Shown here piece after piece: positions 17,546 to 28,850 of a stretch of DNA of 32,000 nt. The stretch is from Candidatus Arthromitus sp. SFB-mouse-Japan. GTDB lineage: Bacteria; Bacillota; Clostridia; Clostridiales; Clostridiaceae. The notes beneath the pieces were generated by a model. That model did no database searches. It was not told the DNA's origin and saw only the letters and a list, made by a program, of their open reading frames with translations. Numbering within the stretch: the stretch's first letter is position 1; each line of letters opens with the position of its first letter. The translations under genes and the position numbers were made by a program. The DNA lies in assembly GCF_000270205.1 (NCBI RefSeq), contig NC_015913.1, positions 1,470,001-1,502,000 of the forward strand, given 5' to 3'.

Positions 17546-18360
17546 AATAAATTCACAAGCTCCTCTAACTCAAATATATCTTTATTATTATGGAGTCCAT
17601 ATTTCATTAAAGTATTTGAAATTCTGCATGAATATGTAGTGGTAAGATTATTCTTAACTAAAAAATCTTCATTGGATAAAATATTCCTTGGATCACCGTC
17701 ATACTTAATAACCCCATCTGTTAAAATTATACCTCTATCACATGCCAAACACTCATCAACAAAATGTGTTATTAATATCACTGTTATACCGTAATTTTTA
17801 TTCAAATCTGTTAATATATTTAATACCTCCTTTTTTCCAAAAGGATCCAACATAGAGGTAGATTCATCAAAAATAATATAATCAGGCTTCATAGACAAAA
17901 CACCTGAGATGGATACTCTCTGTTTCTGACCACCAGATAGCATATTTGTATTATAATTTCTATAGTCAAACATATTCACTTTATATAAGGCATCATTAGC
18001 TCTTCTTTCCATCTTTTTTCTATCTCTTAATATATTTTCAAGACCGAATACAACATCATCCATAACTATAGTTGAAACAATCTGATTATCCGGATTCTGA
18101 AAAACTATAGATACTTTTTTCCTAATATCTAAAATATTCTTTCTATCCTTAACACTAAGCGAATCAACATATATATCTCCATACTTTAACTCATAAATAC
18201 CATTGATTAATTTAGACAATGTTGATTTTCCTGAACCATTTCCACCCATAATACATACAAATTCTCCCTTTTTTATATTAATATTTACATCCCTCAATAT
18301 AAAATCATTTAACTCATCATATTTAAATGAAACATTCTTAATACTTATACAATTATCCAT
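17521..18360 (-). CDS. ecfA1: ECF transporter ATPase component A1
   Basis: Walker A GGNGSGKST, signature SGGQKQRV, Walker B IIFDESTSMLD. AAGGTG SD upstream. Confidence 0.92.
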   Translation of the reverse strand: MDNCISIKNVSFKYDELNDFILRDVNINIKKGEFVCIMGGNGSGKSTLSKLINGIYELKYGDIYVDSLSVKDRKNILDIRKKVSIVFQNPDNQIVSTIVMDDVVFGLENILRDRKKMERRANDALYKVNMFDYRNYNTNMLSGGQKQRVSISGVLSMKPDYIIFDESTSMLDPFGKKEVLNILTDLNKNYGITVILITHFVDECLACDRGIILTDGVIKYDGDPRNILSNEDFLVKNNLTTTYSCRISNTLMKYGLHNNKDIFELEELVNLLCQLNLRM

Positions 18361-18389
18361 AAAAACACCTTTTCCAAATTGATATGTAA

Positions 18390-18398
18390 ATTATAACA
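18390..18398 (-). promoter_or_regulatory. Candidate extended -10 promoter element for the ecfA1-ecfA2-ecfT-truA operon
   Basis: Minus strand TGTTATAAT (TGnTATAAT), just downstream of the rplQ terminator and ~30 nt upstream of the ecfA1 ATG. No convincing -35. Confidence 0.4.
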
Positions 18399-18408
18399 AA
18401 ATTCCCAT

Positions 18409-18447
18409 AAAAAAAAAGAGAAATTAAGACATTATTCCTAATTCCTC
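18409..18447 (-). terminator. Intrinsic terminator after rplQ
   Basis: Minus strand GAGGAATTAGG-AATAATGT-CTTAATTTCTC (11-bp stem with two G-U pairs), followed by nine T (18417..18409). Confidence 0.75.
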
Positions 18448-18458
18448 AATAAAAGATA

Positions 18459-18800
18459 TTATACAAACTCCAAGATAACCATTTCTGATCCATCACCTTT
18501 TCTTGATCCAAGTTTTATTATTCTAGTATACCCACCATTTCTCTCCTGATACTTAGGTGCAACATCTGAAAATAAACTAGCAACAACTTTCTGCTCTTTA
18601 ACAAAAGAAAGAACCTGTCTTTTTGCATGCAGATCTCCTCTTTTAGCAAGAGTTATCATTTTTTCAGCTAAACTCTGAGTTTCCTTAGCTCTAGTAAGTG
18701 TAGTAGTTATCTTACCGTGCTTCAGAAAACTAGTAACTAAATTTTTTATCATTGCAATCCTTTGATCTGTTGACCTCCCTAATTTTCTTTGCCAAGCCAT
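18459..18800 (-). CDS. rplQ: 50S ribosomal protein L17
   Basis: [36 protein letters not shown]. Confidence 0.97.
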   Translation of the reverse strand: MAWQRKLGRSTDQRIAMIKNLVTSFLKHGKITTTLTRAKETQSLAEKMITLAKRGDLHAKRQVLSFVKEQKVVASLFSDVAPKYQERNGGYTRIIKLGSRKGDGSEMVILEFV

Positions 18801-18814
18801 CTTAACACCTCCTA

Positions 18815-19759
18815 TTATTCATCACTTTGTTTTAAACTTAATCCCAAATCCTTAAGTTTCTTTTCAACTTCTTCTAAAGATTTCTTGCCTAAATTTCTAA
18901 CTTTCATCATATCTTCTAAAGATTTTTGTGCAAGTTCTTGTACTGTATTTATACCTGCCCTCTTTAAACAGTTATAACTCCTAACAGAAAAATCTAACTC
19001 TTCAATAGTCATCTCAAGTACTTTCTCTTTTTTATCTTCTTCTTTTTGTACCATTACAACAACTTCATTTGCCTCTTTAGTTAAACCTAAAAATAATTTA
19101 AAATGTTCAATTAATATTTTAGCCGAATAACTTATTGCCTCATCTACTTTTATAGAACCATTAGTCCATACTTCTATAGTTAATTTATCATAATCAGTAA
19201 CTTGCCCCACTCTAGTATTCTCAACAGTAAAATTAACCCTCTTCACTGGAGTATAAATAGAATCAATCGGTATATATCCAATATTCCCATCTATTTTATT
19301 CTTATTTTGGGGGACATACCCTCTTCCTCTATTAACAGTTATCTCCATATTTAAATGCCCATCATCTTCAAGTGTTGCTATATGTAAATCTTTATTTATA
19401 ATTTCAATTCCTTCTTCTTCAATTATATCTGCAGCAGTAACTTCCTTGCTTCCCTTAATATCTAAATGTAATACTTTACTTCCTTCTTCTTCCATCCTTA
19501 AAGCAAGTTGCTTAATATTCAAAATAATTTCTGTTACATCTTCTTTTATACCCTTAATTGTAGAAAATTCATGTAATACTTCGTTAATTTTTATAGAAGT
19601 AGTAGCTACACCAGGTAGTGATGATAGCAAAATTCTTCTTAATGAATTGCCAAGAGTTGTTCCATACCCTCTTTCAAGAGGATCTATAACATATTTCCCA
19701 TATGTCCCTTGTTCATTAGATTCTATACATTCAATCTTAGGTGTTTCAATATCAAACAT
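18815..19759 (-). CDS. rpoA: DNA-directed RNA polymerase alpha subunit
   Basis: [25 protein letters not shown]-terminal domain. C-terminal domain [23 protein letters not shown]. Confidence 0.97.
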   Translation of the reverse strand: MFDIETPKIECIESNEQGTYGKYVIDPLERGYGTTLGNSLRRILLSSLPGVATTSIKINEVLHEFSTIKGIKEDVTEIILNIKQLALRMEEEGSKVLHLDIKGSKEVTAADIIEEEGIEIINKDLHIATLEDDGHLNMEITVNRGRGYVPQNKNKIDGNIGYIPIDSIYTPVKRVNFTVENTRVGQVTDYDKLTIEVWTNGSIKVDEAISYSAKILIEHFKLFLGLTKEANEVVVMVQKEEDKKEKVLEMTIEELDFSVRSYNCLKRAGINTVQELAQKSLEDMMKVRNLGKKSLEEVEKKLKDLGLSLKQSDE

Positions 19760-19812
19760 ATATAATAAACCCCTCCCTTAATATATATTTTTAAGGGCAT
19801 CTGATTCAAAAA

Positions 19813-20439
19813 TTATTTGCTATAAAACTCTACTATTAAAGTTTCATTAAATGGCACATTTAAATCATCTTTAGATGGTAATGACATAACTTTACCCTTA
19901 TATTTATCTTCCTCTACACTAATCCATTGCGGAATTACTTTCCTATTTTCAATTAGTATCTTAAATTTTTCACTTGATCTACTTCTATCTAATAATTCAA
20001 TAACATCATTTATTTTAACAACATATGATGGTATATTAACCTTTTTACCATTCACTAAAAAATGACCATGAGATACTAATTGACGTGCTTCTCTTCTAGA
20101 ATTAGCGAATCCTAATTTAAAAACTACATTATCTAATCTCATCTCAAGTAAACTAATTAAATTTTCGCCAGTAATACCAGGTTTTTTATCTGCTCTATTA
20201 TATATAATTCTAAATTGCTTTTCTAGCAAACCATATATTTTTTTAGTTTTCTGTTTTTCTCTTAATTGAAGTGCATAGTTGGATAATTTTTTTCTATTCT
20301 TACCATGTTGACCTGGAGCTCCAGCACTTTGTCTCTTAACAACAGAACACTTAGATGAATAACATCTATCTCCCTTTAAAAATAATTTTATACCTTCTCT
20401 TCTACACAATTTACATTGTGGGCCGTTGTATTTAGCCAT
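19813..20439 (-). CDS. rpsD: 30S ribosomal protein S4
   Basis: [27 protein letters not shown]4 RNA-binding domain [27 protein letters not shown]. Confidence 0.97.
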   Translation of the reverse strand: MAKYNGPQCKLCRREGIKLFLKGDRCYSSKCSVVKRQSAGAPGQHGKNRKKLSNYALQLREKQKTKKIYGLLEKQFRIIYNRADKKPGITGENLISLLEMRLDNVVFKLGFANSRREARQLVSHGHFLVNGKKVNIPSYVVKINDVIELLDRSRSSEKFKILIENRKVIPQWISVEEDKYKGKVMSLPSKDDLNVPFNETLIVEFYSK

Positions 20440-20453
20440 TTCACACCTCCAAA

Positions 20454-20852
20454 TTACACCCTTCTTCTTTTTGGCGGTCTACACCCGTTATGAGGAATAG
20501 GTGTCACATCCTTTATTAAAGTTATTTCTAATCCAGCTGCTTGCAAAGATCTTATAGCTGCTTCTCTTCCTGATCCAGGTCCTTTAACATATACTTCTAC
20601 ACTCTTAAGTCCATGTTCCATAGCAGTAACAGCTGCAGTTTCAGCTGCCATTTGTGCAGCATAAGGTGTACTCTTTCTAGACCCTTTAAATCCTAATGAA
20701 CCAGCGCTAGACCAAGATAAAGTATTACCATTGACATCAGTTAAAGTAACAATTGAATTATTAAAAGTTGATTTTATATGTGCAGATCCCCTATCTATAT
20801 TTTTCCTATCTTTCTTACGCCTATTAACTTTTTTAGATTTTTGCATTGCCAT
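20454..20852 (-). CDS. rpsK: 30S ribosomal protein S11
   Basis: [32 protein letters not shown]. Confidence 0.97.
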   Translation of the reverse strand: MAMQKSKKVNRRKKDRKNIDRGSAHIKSTFNNSIVTLTDVNGNTLSWSSAGSLGFKGSRKSTPYAAQMAAETAAVTAMEHGLKSVEVYVKGPGSGREAAIRSLQAAGLEITLIKDVTPIPHNGCRPPKRRRV

Positions 20853-20869
20853 TTAGCTAACTTACCTCC

Positions 20870-21238
20870 CTACTTCTTTTTATTCGCTATAGTTTTTCTT
20901 GGCCCTTTAATAGTTCTTGCATTTGTTTTGGTTCTTTGACCTCTTAAAGGCAACCTTTTTCTATGTCTTATCCCTCTATAACATCCTATCTCTATCAATC
21001 TTTTTATATTCAATACTATATCTCTTCTTAAATCTCCTTCTACTCTAAGGTTTTTATTAATAAAATCTCTTATTAAATTCACCTGTTCTTCAGTTAAATC
21101 TTTAACTCTTATATTAGGATTTATATCTGTTTCCTTTAAAATCCTTTTAGATGTAGATAATCCTATACCATAAATATAAGTTAAACTCACTTCAACTCTC
21201 TTATCCTTAGGTATATCTACCCCAGAAATTCTAGCCAT
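20870..21238 (-). CDS. rpsM: 30S ribosomal protein S13
   Basis: [49 protein letters not shown]. Confidence 0.97.
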   Translation of the reverse strand: MARISGVDIPKDKRVEVSLTYIYGIGLSTSKRILKETDINPNIRVKDLTEEQVNLIRDFINKNLRVEGDLRRDIVLNIKRLIEIGCYRGIRHRKRLPLRGQRTKTNARTIKGPRKTIANKKK

Positions 21239-21258
21239 TTTAAATATCCACCTCCATC

Positions 21259-21372
21259 TTATCCTTGTTTTTGTTTATGTTTTGGCGTTTCACAAATTAC
21301 CATAATCCGTCCTTTTCTTTTTATAATCCTACATTTTTCACATATAGGCTTTACAGATGCTCTTATCTTCAT
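21259..21372 (-). CDS. rpmJ: 50S ribosomal protein L36 (zinc-binding form)
   Basis: Not in the ORF track. Hand translation: [37 protein letters not shown], stop TAA at 21259-21261. It sits between infA and rpsM as expected. Confidence 0.93.
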   Translation of the reverse strand: MKIRASVKPICEKCRIIKRKGRIMVICETPKHKQKQG

Positions 21373-21392
21373 AAATTATCCTCCAACAAACT

Positions 21393-21611
21393 TTACTTAG
21401 CTCTCCAAATTATCCTACCACGGGTTAAGTCGTAAGGCGACATTTCTATTTTAACTTTATCTCCAGGAATTATCCTTATAAAATTCATTCTTAATTTACC
21501 TGAAATATGTGCAAGAATTATATGTCCACTCTCAAGTTCAACTTGAAACATTGCGTTTGGTAACGACTCTTTAACAATTCCTTGCATTTCTATAATATCA
21601 TCTTTAGCCAT
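21393..21611 (-). CDS. infA: Translation initiation factor IF-1
   Basis: [13 protein letters not shown]...[14 protein letters not shown]...[16 protein letters not shown]. 72 aa. GGGAGGG SD upstream. Confidence 0.97.
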   Translation of the reverse strand: MAKDDIIEMQGIVKESLPNAMFQVELESGHIILAHISGKLRMNFIRIIPGDKVKIEMSPYDLTRGRIIWRAK

Positions 21612-21649
21612 TCACTTTAACCCTCCCTAAATAATATTTTACATTTTGC

Positions 21650-22393
21650 TTATAGTGTTATAATTTCCGGATCACCGTCAGTTATAATAACAGTATTTTC
21701 ATAATGTGCAGATAAACTATTATCTATTGTCACAACTGTCCAGTTATCATCAAGTATTTTAACATGTTCCTTACCTAAATTAACCATAGGCTCAATTGCA
21801 ATAGCCATACCCCTCTTGATATGAAATCCCGTTCCTTTTTTCCCAAAATTCGGAATTTCAGGGGCTTCATGTAAACTCCTACCAATACCATGGCCCGTAA
21901 AATCCTTTACTATAGAATAACCTTTATTTTCAACATATTCTTGAATAAAGCTAGATATATCACCAATAAAATATCCTTCCCTCGCATATTTAAGAGACTT
22001 GAAAAAACTATCACAAGTAGTTTCTATAAGATTTTTAGCCTCACTTGATACATTACCGATAGCAAAAGTCCTAGCTGCATCAGCATGAAATCCATAAATA
22101 TTGGCTCCGCAATCAACACTAACTATATCTCCCTCTTTAATAATTCTATCAGAAGGTATACCATGTATAACTTGATTATTTATTGATACACATAATGTTG
22201 ATGGAAAACCATAATATCCCTTAAATGATGGTTTGGCTTTGGATCTTATTATATAATCTTCTGCTTTACTATCTAAATAATTAGTTGTTACACCTTCCTT
22301 TATAATTGATTCCACAATTTTCAAAGTATCACCAACTATTTTACCAGCCTTTTTCATTAAAGAAATTTCTTCATCGTTCTTAATATAAATCAT
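21650..22393 (-). CDS. map: Type I methionine aminopeptidase
   Basis: HGIP, VSVDCG, DAARTF, GHGIGRSLHE, IEPM, HYENTV metal-site motifs. 14-nt overlap with adk. Confidence 0.95.
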   Translation of the reverse strand: MIYIKNDEEISLMKKAGKIVGDTLKIVESIIKEGVTTNYLDSKAEDYIIRSKAKPSFKGYYGFPSTLCVSINNQVIHGIPSDRIIKEGDIVSVDCGANIYGFHADAARTFAIGNVSSEAKNLIETTCDSFFKSLKYAREGYFIGDISSFIQEYVENKGYSIVKDFTGHGIGRSLHEAPEIPNFGKKGTGFHIKRGMAIAIEPMVNLGKEHVKILDDNWTVVTIDNSLSAHYENTVIITDGDPEIITL

Positions 22394-23039
22394 AATATTC
22401 TCCTATTACCTTTTTTACCTGACTAAAAATTTCATTAATTCCATACGAAGCATCTATTTCATACAAAACATCTAAATTCCTAAAATAATCTACTACTCTA
22501 GAGGTTATTCTATAATATATTTCAAGTCTTTCCTTAAGTATATTAACCTTATCATCCGATCTTATTATTAACCGATTTCCACAAATATCACATTTCCCAT
22601 AAATCTTAGGTAAATCATTTTGTAAATTATAAATATTTCCGCAGTTTATACAAGTTAATCTATTAGAAATCCTATTTAATATGTATTCATTACTAGTACT
22701 TAAATAAATCACTAAATATTTCTCATTTTTATTCAAAATATTATTAATATAAAATTCTGCTTGAGATACTGTTCTAGGATAACCGTCTAATAAATATGAT
22801 TGATCTAAAATCTTATCAGATTTCAATTGACTGACTATACTATTAACTAAATCATCTGATACAAATTTCCCACAATCTATACCATAATTTGAAATTCTTT
22901 TTCCTATCTCACTATCATCTGAAATATATTTCCTAAGTATATCACCTGTTGAGATATGTTTAAGATTATATTTACTACAAATAAGATTTGCTTGTGTTCC
23001 CTTTCCAACACCTGGCGGTCCAATTAGTAATATTCTCAT
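22380..23039 (-). CDS. adk: Adenylate kinase (zinc-lid form)
   Basis: P-loop GPPGVGKGTQ. Lid with CINCGNIY...CDICGN. The track start (GTG at 23051) lies inside the AGGTGA SD; the ATG at 23039 (MRILLIGPPG) is 7 nt downstream of it. Confidence 0.95.
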   Translation of the reverse strand: MRILLIGPPGVGKGTQANLICSKYNLKHISTGDILRKYISDDSEIGKRISNYGIDCGKFVSDDLVNSIVSQLKSDKILDQSYLLDGYPRTVSQAEFYINNILNKNEKYLVIYLSTSNEYILNRISNRLTCINCGNIYNLQNDLPKIYGKCDICGNRLIIRSDDKVNILKERLEIYYRITSRVVDYFRNLDVLYEIDASYGINEIFSQVKKVIGEYYDLY

Positions 23040-23056
23040 AATATATATCACCTAAT

Positions 23057-24331
23057 CTACTTTAAAAACCCTTGATAATGTCTTAAGATAAGTTGTGATT
23101 CAATTTGTCTCATTGTATCAACAGAAGTACTTATTAAAATCAATAACATAGTACCTCCAAATTGCAATCCCTTAAATGGTGTAAACAAATCTATAAATAT
23201 TGGAAACAGCGCTAACATAGCACCAAATATTCCCCCAATAATAGAAATCTTATCTAATATATTTTCTATATATTTAGCCGTAGACTCACCTGGTCTTATT
23301 CCTGGAATAAACCCAGCAGATTTATTCATGTTTTCCGCCATTTCATCTGGTTTATATGTAACTTGGGTATAAAACCAGGTAAAAAAGATTATCAATAATG
23401 CAAATAATATTGTATATAAAGCAGAATTAATCCTAAATGGACTGTAGCTTCCATTAACTAAAATTCTATTTATCCATGAATCTGGAGAAAAAAATGTACC
23501 AATAGTTGCTGGAAATTGTAATACAGATGTAGCAAAAATAATTGCTATCACCGCAGATCCAGTTATACTAAACGGTATGTGAGCTTTATTATTCTTATTA
23601 CTGCCTGATAATTGCTTTCCTGCATATTGAACAGTTATTCTTCTTTCAGCTAATGTCATATATATAGTCCAAATTAATAGACCAATAGCAACTAATATAA
23701 AAATTATACTTTCTATAAAACCAACTTCTCCAGATTTATTCAATGCACCAATCTGTAAAAACATATTCGGAAATCTAGAAACTATATTTACAAATATAAA
23801 CAAGGAGACACCATTACCTATACCATGTAAACTAACTTGATCACCTATCCATACTAAAAATACAGATGCAGCAACCAATGTAAATACTACAAATATCATA
23901 GAAAATATAGAATTATTAGTAATTGCTCCTGCATTTAATATTAAAAAATACGATCCATATGCTTGAATAAATGACAGAACTATAGATAAGTATCTAGTTA
24001 TATTTTGAAGTTTCTTTCTTCCTTCCTCTCCCTCCTTTGATAGCTGCTCAAATTTGGGGATAGACATAGACAATAATTGAACTATTATAGAAGAATTTAT
24101 ATATGGAACAACTCCTAGTGCAAATATACTAAATCTTTCTAAAGCTCCTCCAGATATCAAATCATAGAATCCAAATAAACCAGTTGATGTTAATTGTTTT
24201 AAACTTTCAGTATTAACACCTGGAACAGGTATAAAATTCCCCAATCTAAATACTATAACAATAAACAACGTAAAAAATATTCTTTTTCTAAGATCCTTAA
24301 CTTTAAAAGCATTACCTAAAATTTTAAACAT
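23057..24331 (-). CDS. secY: Preprotein translocase subunit SecY
   Basis: 10-TM protein. ALGVVPYINSSIIVQLL and GGTMLLILISTSVDTMRQIESQL motifs. Sits between rplO and adk. Confidence 0.97.
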   Translation of the reverse strand: MFKILGNAFKVKDLRKRIFFTLFIVIVFRLGNFIPVPGVNTESLKQLTSTGLFGFYDLISGGALERFSIFALGVVPYINSSIIVQLLSMSIPKFEQLSKEGEEGRKKLQNITRYLSIVLSFIQAYGSYFLILNAGAITNNSIFSMIFVVFTLVAASVFLVWIGDQVSLHGIGNGVSLFIFVNIVSRFPNMFLQIGALNKSGEVGFIESIIFILVAIGLLIWTIYMTLAERRITVQYAGKQLSGSNKNNKAHIPFSITGSAVIAIIFATSVLQFPATIGTFFSPDSWINRILVNGSYSPFRINSALYTILFALLIIFFTWFYTQVTYKPDEMAENMNKSAGFIPGIRPGESTAKYIENILDKISIIGGIFGAMLALFPIFIDLFTPFKGLQFGGTMLLILISTSVDTMRQIESQLILRHYQGFLK

Positions 24332-24336
24332 TTAAC

Positions 24337-24777
24337 CTAAATCACCTCTACTTTTCCACCAGCAGCCTCAATTTTCTCAATAGCCGACTGTGAAAATTTA
24401 GAAACTCTAACAGTTAAACTCCTCTCCAAATTTCCTTTTGCTAATATTTTAACACCATCTCTTATCCTATTTATTATTCCCATGTCTAATAGCACATCTT
24501 CAGTAACTTCTGAACCATTTTCAAATATATTTAATCTATCTAAATTTAAAATAGCATATTCCTTTTTAAATATATTAGTAAACCCTCTTTTAGGAACTCG
24601 CCTATATAATGGCATTTGACCACCTTCAAATCCTACTCTTACTCCTCCACCACTTCTAGACTTTTGTCCCTTTTCACCTTTTCCTGAATTCCTACCTAAC
24701 CCTGATCCAGTACCTCTTCCTAATCTTTTACAATTTTTTCTACTTCCAGGAGCCGGTTTTAATTCATGTAATTTCAT
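24337..24777 (-). CDS. rplO: 50S ribosomal protein L15
   Basis: [14 protein letters not shown]...[11 protein letters not shown]...[18 protein letters not shown]. Confidence 0.97.
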   Translation of the reverse strand: MKLHELKPAPGSRKNCKRLGRGTGSGLGRNSGKGEKGQKSRSGGGVRVGFEGGQMPLYRRVPKRGFTNIFKKEYAILNLDRLNIFENGSEVTEDVLLDMGIINRIRDGVKILAKGNLERSLTVRVSKFSQSAIEKIEAAGGKVEVI

Positions 24778-24789
24778 TCTTAACCCCCC

Positions 24790-24969
24790 TTAAACTTCTA
24801 TAATATTTAATAAAAACTTGACCTTATTTACCATACCAAGTATCTGGGGAGTTCCATTATGTTCCACTTGATCCCCAATTTTTTTTAATCCCAAAGCATA
24901 TACTGTATCTCTTTGCTCTTTATTTCTACCTATTAGGCTCCGTGTTAAACAAATTTTGATTTTATTCAT
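24790..24969 (-). CDS. rpmD: 50S ribosomal protein L30
   Basis: Not in the ORF track. Hand translation: [59 protein letters not shown], stop TAA at 24790-24792. It sits between rpsE and rplO. Confidence 0.92.
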   Translation of the reverse strand: MNKIKICLTRSLIGRNKEQRDTVYALGLKKIGDQVEHNGTPQILGMVNKVKFLLNIIEV

Positions 24970-24982
24970 TTATATACCCTAC

Positions 24983-25480
24983 CTAACCTATTATTTCTAT
25001 AACTTTCTTATCTCTAAGTTCTGCAATTTTTTCTAATGTCCTCAAAGATAATAATGCATTAAATGTAGCATTAACAACATTTTTAGGATTATTTGAACCC
25101 AAAGATTTAGCTGTAATATTTTTTACTCCAACTAATTCTAAAACGCTTCTAACTGGACCACCTGCTATAATTCCTGTACCTTTCCTTGCTGGCATTATTA
25201 AAACCTTAGACTTTCCAAATACCCCAACAGTTTCATGTGGTATAGTTTCTTTAATTATTGGTACATAAATCATATTTTTCTTAGCATCTTCTATACCTTT
25301 TCTTATAGCGTCAGGAACTTCTGCAGATTTACCTGTTCCAACACCTATAAATCCTTTTCCATCTCCTACAACTACTAAAGCACTAAATCTAAAATTCCTA
25401 CCACCTTTAACAACTTTAGTAACCCTATTTATGAAAATTACTTTTTCTTTTAATTCTGAGCTATTATTTTTAATTTTCAT
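24983..25480 (-). CDS. rpsE: 30S ribosomal protein S5
   Basis: [42 protein letters not shown]. The track TTG at 25492 is 1 nt from the GGGAGG SD, so I prefer the ATG at 25480. Confidence 0.95.
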   Translation of the reverse strand: MKIKNNSSELKEKVIFINRVTKVVKGGRNFRFSALVVVGDGKGFIGVGTGKSAEVPDAIRKGIEDAKKNMIYVPIIKETIPHETVGVFGKSKVLIMPARKGTGIIAGGPVRSVLELVGVKNITAKSLGSNNPKNVVNATFNALLSLRTLEKIAELRDKKVIEIIG

Positions 25481-25501
25481 TGTTAAAACCAACCTCCCTT
25501 A

Positions 25502-25858
25502 TTAAAATTGTAATCCAGCCTCTCTTGCTCCCTCAGCTAACTCAGAAATTCTTCCATGATATAAATAACCATTTCTATCAAAAACAACGTTAGTTATAGA
25601 CTTTTCTAGTGCTTTCTTGGCTATATTCCTACCTATAATTCTAGCTGCCTCCTTATTACTACCAATACCATTAAAATTTTTATCCAATGTAGATGCAGCA
25701 ACTAATATATTCCCACTAACATCATCAATTAATTGTGCATATATATTTTTTGAACTCCTAAAAACACATAATCTTGGTATATTCAATGTACCATTAAGTT
25801 TCTTTCTTATTCTAAAATGTCTTCTTTTTCTCTTAGCAGTTTTATTGTATTTACTCAT
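25502..25858 (-). CDS. rplR: 50S ribosomal protein L18
   Basis: [54 protein letters not shown]. Confidence 0.97.
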   Translation of the reverse strand: MSKYNKTAKRKRRHFRIRKKLNGTLNIPRLCVFRSSKNIYAQLIDDVSGNILVAASTLDKNFNGIGSNKEAARIIGRNIAKKALEKSITNVVFDRNGYLYHGRISELAEGAREAGLQF

Positions 25859-25886
25859 TACTATCTCCTTTCTTCAATTATCTAAT

Positions 25887-26429
25887 TTATTTTTTACCTG
25901 TCTTCCCTTCTTTTCTCCTTATAATTTCATCAGAATATTTAATCCCTTTTCCTTTATAAGGTTCAGGTTTTCTCCATTGTCTAATTTTAGCTGCTACTTC
26001 CCCAACTAACTGTTTATCAATACCACTAACAATTATTTGAGTTTGATTTGGTACCTCAAAAATAATTCCATCTACACTGTTAATTTCCACAGGATGAGAA
26101 TAACCTAAATTCATGACTATATTCTTCCCCTTTAGTTGAGCTCTATATCCAACACCGTTAAGTTCTAAAGTCTTACTATATCCCTCAGATACACCTTTAA
26201 CCATATTAAAAATCAAAGCCCTAGTTAAACCATGTAATTGTTTTTGTTTTTTTGTCTCATTTTTTCTTTCAACAAATATCTGACTTTCTTCCTGTCTTAT
26301 AATTATATCGCTAGACATTTGTTTCTCTAATTTACCTTTTTTACCTTGTACTGTAATAAAATTATTTGAATCTATATTAACCAAAGTGCCTTCAGGCAAA
26401 ATAATAGGTAATCTACCCACTCTAGACAT
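25887..26429 (-). CDS. rplF: 50S ribosomal protein L6
   Basis: MSRVGRLPI..P.G, LNGVGYRAQLKGKN, RKPEPYKGKGIKY. Confidence 0.97.
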   Translation of the reverse strand: MSRVGRLPIILPEGTLVNIDSNNFITVQGKKGKLEKQMSSDIIIRQEESQIFVERKNETKKQKQLHGLTRALIFNMVKGVSEGYSKTLELNGVGYRAQLKGKNIVMNLGYSHPVEINSVDGIIFEVPNQTQIIVSGIDKQLVGEVAAKIRQWRKPEPYKGKGIKYSDEIIRRKEGKTGKK

Positions 26430-26453
26430 TTGTACACCTCCTATTATAATTTT

Positions 26454-26852
26454 TTACCAAACATAACAGATAACTTCTCCACCTAATCCTTGTTTTCTAG
26501 CCTCACGATCAACCATCATGCCTTTAGATGTTGAAATTATAGCTACCCCTAATCCACTTAATACTCTTGGTATATTATCTTTTTTGCAATAAACTCTTAA
26601 ACCAGGTCTTGAAATTCTCTTTAAACCCACTATTACCTTTTCTCTGTTTTTTCCATATTTTAAAGATATTTTACACATTGGAACTACTCCATCATCATAA
26701 TCTTCATACGACTTTATATATCCTTCATTCAATAAAATCTTCAAAATTTCTTTTTTTACCTTAGACATAGGAACTTCTAAAGTTTCATGCCTTGCCATAT
26801 TAGCATTTCTTATCCTAGTCAATAAATCTGCGATTGGATCTGTCATTACCAT
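26454..26852 (-). CDS. rpsH: 30S ribosomal protein S8
   Basis: [53 protein letters not shown]. Confidence 0.97.
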   Translation of the reverse strand: MVMTDPIADLLTRIRNANMARHETLEVPMSKVKKEILKILLNEGYIKSYEDYDDGVVPMCKISLKYGKNREKVIVGLKRISRPGLRVYCKKDNIPRVLSGLGVAIISTSKGMMVDREARKQGLGGEVICYVW

Positions 26853-26876
26853 TTATACCTTACCTCCCTTCTAAAA

Positions 26877-27062
26877 TTACCAACTTGATTTTGTACATCC
26901 AGGAATTTGCCCCTTATAAGCCAATTCTCTAAAGCAAATTCTACAAATACCAAATTTCCTTAACACCGCATGTGGTCTACCACATAAACTACACCTAGTA
27001 TAAACTCTTGTTTTATATTTAGCCATTTTCTTCCATTTCTCAATCATTGCTTTACGTGCCAC
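26877..27062 (-). CDS. rpsN: 30S ribosomal protein S14, short zinc-binding type Z
   Basis: 61 aa. [25 protein letters not shown] carries the CxxC...CxxC motif. Sits between rplE and rpsH. Confidence 0.95.
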   Translation of the reverse strand: MARKAMIEKWKKMAKYKTRVYTRCSLCGRPHAVLRKFGICRICFRELAYKGQIPGCTKSSW

Positions 27063-27085
27063 AATTTTACCTCCTTTTAATAAAA

Positions 27086-27625
27086 TTAACTCATAAATGG
27101 CATTCCTAGATATCTCAATAATTCTCTAGCCTCTTCATCAGTTTTTGCAGTTGTTACAAATATTACTTCAATACCCCTAATTTTATCTATTTTATCATAT
27201 TCAATTTCCGGGAATATCAAATGTTCCTTTAGTCCTAAAGTATAATTCCCTCTCCCATCAAAACTTTTTTCAGATACACCTCTAAAATCTCTAACTCTAG
27301 GTAAAGCTACATTAAATAATTTATCTATAAAATCATACATTCTACTTTTTCTTAAAGTTACTTTGCACCCAATAGGCATATTTTCCCTAAGTTTAAAATT
27401 AGATATGGACTTCTTAGCTCTACATATAATTGGTTTTTGACCAGATATTAATTGCATATCATTAACAACTGATTCTAATACCTTTGAATTATCCTTAGCC
27501 TCTCCAACTCCCATATTAATAACAACTTTTTCTATTTTAGGAACCTGCATCAAATTACTATATTTAAATTTTTCTACCAATTTACTTGTAACTTCGTTAA
27601 TATATTTTTCTTTAAGTCTTGACAA
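27086..27625 (-). CDS. rplE: 50S ribosomal protein L5
   Basis: [32 protein letters not shown]. The track start at 27664 overlaps rplX. The TTG at 27625 gives the canonical (M)SRLKEKY N-terminus, with GGGGGG 9 nt upstream. Confidence 0.93.
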   Translation of the reverse strand: MSRLKEKYINEVTSKLVEKFKYSNLMQVPKIEKVVINMGVGEAKDNSKVLESVVNDMQLISGQKPIICRAKKSISNFKLRENMPIGCKVTLRKSRMYDFIDKLFNVALPRVRDFRGVSEKSFDGRGNYTLGLKEHLIFPEIEYDKIDKIRGIEVIFVTTAKTDEEARELLRYLGMPFMS

Positions 27626-27645
27626 AATTACAAACCCCCCTTTAA

Positions 27646-27954
27646 TCAAATTGTTCGTTCGCAATGTCTACAAACTCTTACTTTTGTACCATTATCAATA
27701 AATTTTTGTTTTAATCTTGTAGATTTTTTACAATTATTACAATATAACATAACCTTAGATACATTTATTGGAGCTTCAACTTTTGTTATACCCCCTTGCA
27801 TATTTTGTCTGTTAGGCTTTATATGTTTAGTTACTATATTTATACCACTTACAATAAGCGTATTCTTATTAGGATTTACTTTAAGAACTTCACCTATTTT
27901 ATCTTTATCCTTACCTGAAATAATGTAAACCGTATCATTTTTTCTGACATGCAT
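27646..27954 (-). CDS. rplX: 50S ribosomal protein L24 (with C-terminal CxxC...CxxC)
   Basis: [26 protein letters not shown] (KOW motif), [17 protein letters not shown], then CNNC-x19-CRHC. Confidence 0.96.
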   Translation of the reverse strand: MHVRKNDTVYIISGKDKDKIGEVLKVNPNKNTLIVSGINIVTKHIKPNRQNMQGGITKVEAPINVSKVMLYCNNCKKSTRLKQKFIDNGTKVRVCRHCERTI

Positions 27955-27969
27955 TCTATCACCTCTAAT

Positions 27970-28338
27970 CTATAAAACTTCTGGAGCTAATGAAAGTATT
28001 TTCATACACTCTTTATCTCTTAATTCTCTAGCAACAGGTCCAAAAATTCTGGTTCCTCTAGGCTGACCATCTTCTTTCAAAATTACAACAGCATTATCAT
28101 CAAATCTAATAAAAGAACCATCTGAACGAACAACACCTTTAACAGTTCTAACTATTATAGCCTTAACAACATCACCTTTTTTAACAACACCACCTGGTGA
28201 TGCATTTTTTACGCTAGCAACTATAATATCTCCTATATTCCCACTTTTCCTGCGTGATCCCCCTAATACTCTTATACACATCACTTCCTTAGCACCTGTG
28301 TTATCAGCAACTTTTAATCTAGTTAATTCCTGTATCAT
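27970..28338 (-). CDS. rplN: 50S ribosomal protein L14
   Basis: [39 protein letters not shown]. Confidence 0.97.
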   Translation of the reverse strand: MIQELTRLKVADNTGAKEVMCIRVLGGSRRKSGNIGDIIVASVKNASPGGVVKKGDVVKAIIVRTVKGVVRSDGSFIRFDDNAVVILKEDGQPRGTRIFGPVARELRDKECMKILSLAPEVL

Positions 28339-28358
28339 CTTATATTCTCCCCCCTTAA

Positions 28359-28613
28359 TTATTTAGCTCTTTCTAATACTTCTACCAACCTCCATCTTTT
28401 ATCTTTTGATAGTGGTCTTGTTTCCATAATTAATACTCTATCATTAATCTTAGCTTCATTATTCTCATCGTGAGCCTTAAATTTATTAGTAACTTTAAGA
28501 ACCTTACCATACAACGTATGCTTCTTCTTACCCTCTACCGCAACAACTATAGTTTTTTGCATCTTATCTGATACTACTACACCAGTTTTAACTTTTCTTG
28601 AATTTCTTTCCAC
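28359..28613 (-). CDS. rpsQ: 30S ribosomal protein S17
   Basis: [56 protein letters not shown]. Confidence 0.97.
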   Translation of the reverse strand: MERNSRKVKTGVVVSDKMQKTIVVAVEGKKKHTLYGKVLKVTNKFKAHDENNEAKINDRVLIMETRPLSKDKRWRLVEVLERAK

Positions 28614-28635
28614 TTACTTACCCTCCTTTACAAAA

Positions 28636-28845
28636 TTATTTTAACTGCATTATTTCATGTTCTCTTATAGCTGTTTTAATCTGAGCAATTGATCTCTTAA
28701 CTTCTCTAATTCTCATAGGATTAGATAGTTGACCAACAGCCAATTGAAAACGCAAATTAAAAAGTTCCGATTTTAATTCAATTAATTTAACATTCATTTC
28801 AGTAATATCCAATGACCTTAATTCTCTAAGTTCACTTATCTTCAT
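28636..28845 (-). CDS. rpmC: 50S ribosomal protein L29
   Basis: [10 protein letters not shown]...[36 protein letters not shown]. Confidence 0.96.
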   Translation of the reverse strand: MKISELRELRSLDITEMNVKLIELKSELFNLRFQLAVGQLSNPMRIREVKRSIAQIKTAIREHEIMQLK

Positions 28846-28850
28846 TTGTC

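Noticed and set aside
900-27625. Apparent abundance of TTG start codons (abgT, cdaA, OFOR alpha, 7751 ORF, 13370 ORF, truA, rplE, possibly cdaR).
   Set aside because: About one in seven genes. This is within the normal range for low-GC Firmicutes, and each has an appropriately spaced SD, so it does not indicate unusual initiation.
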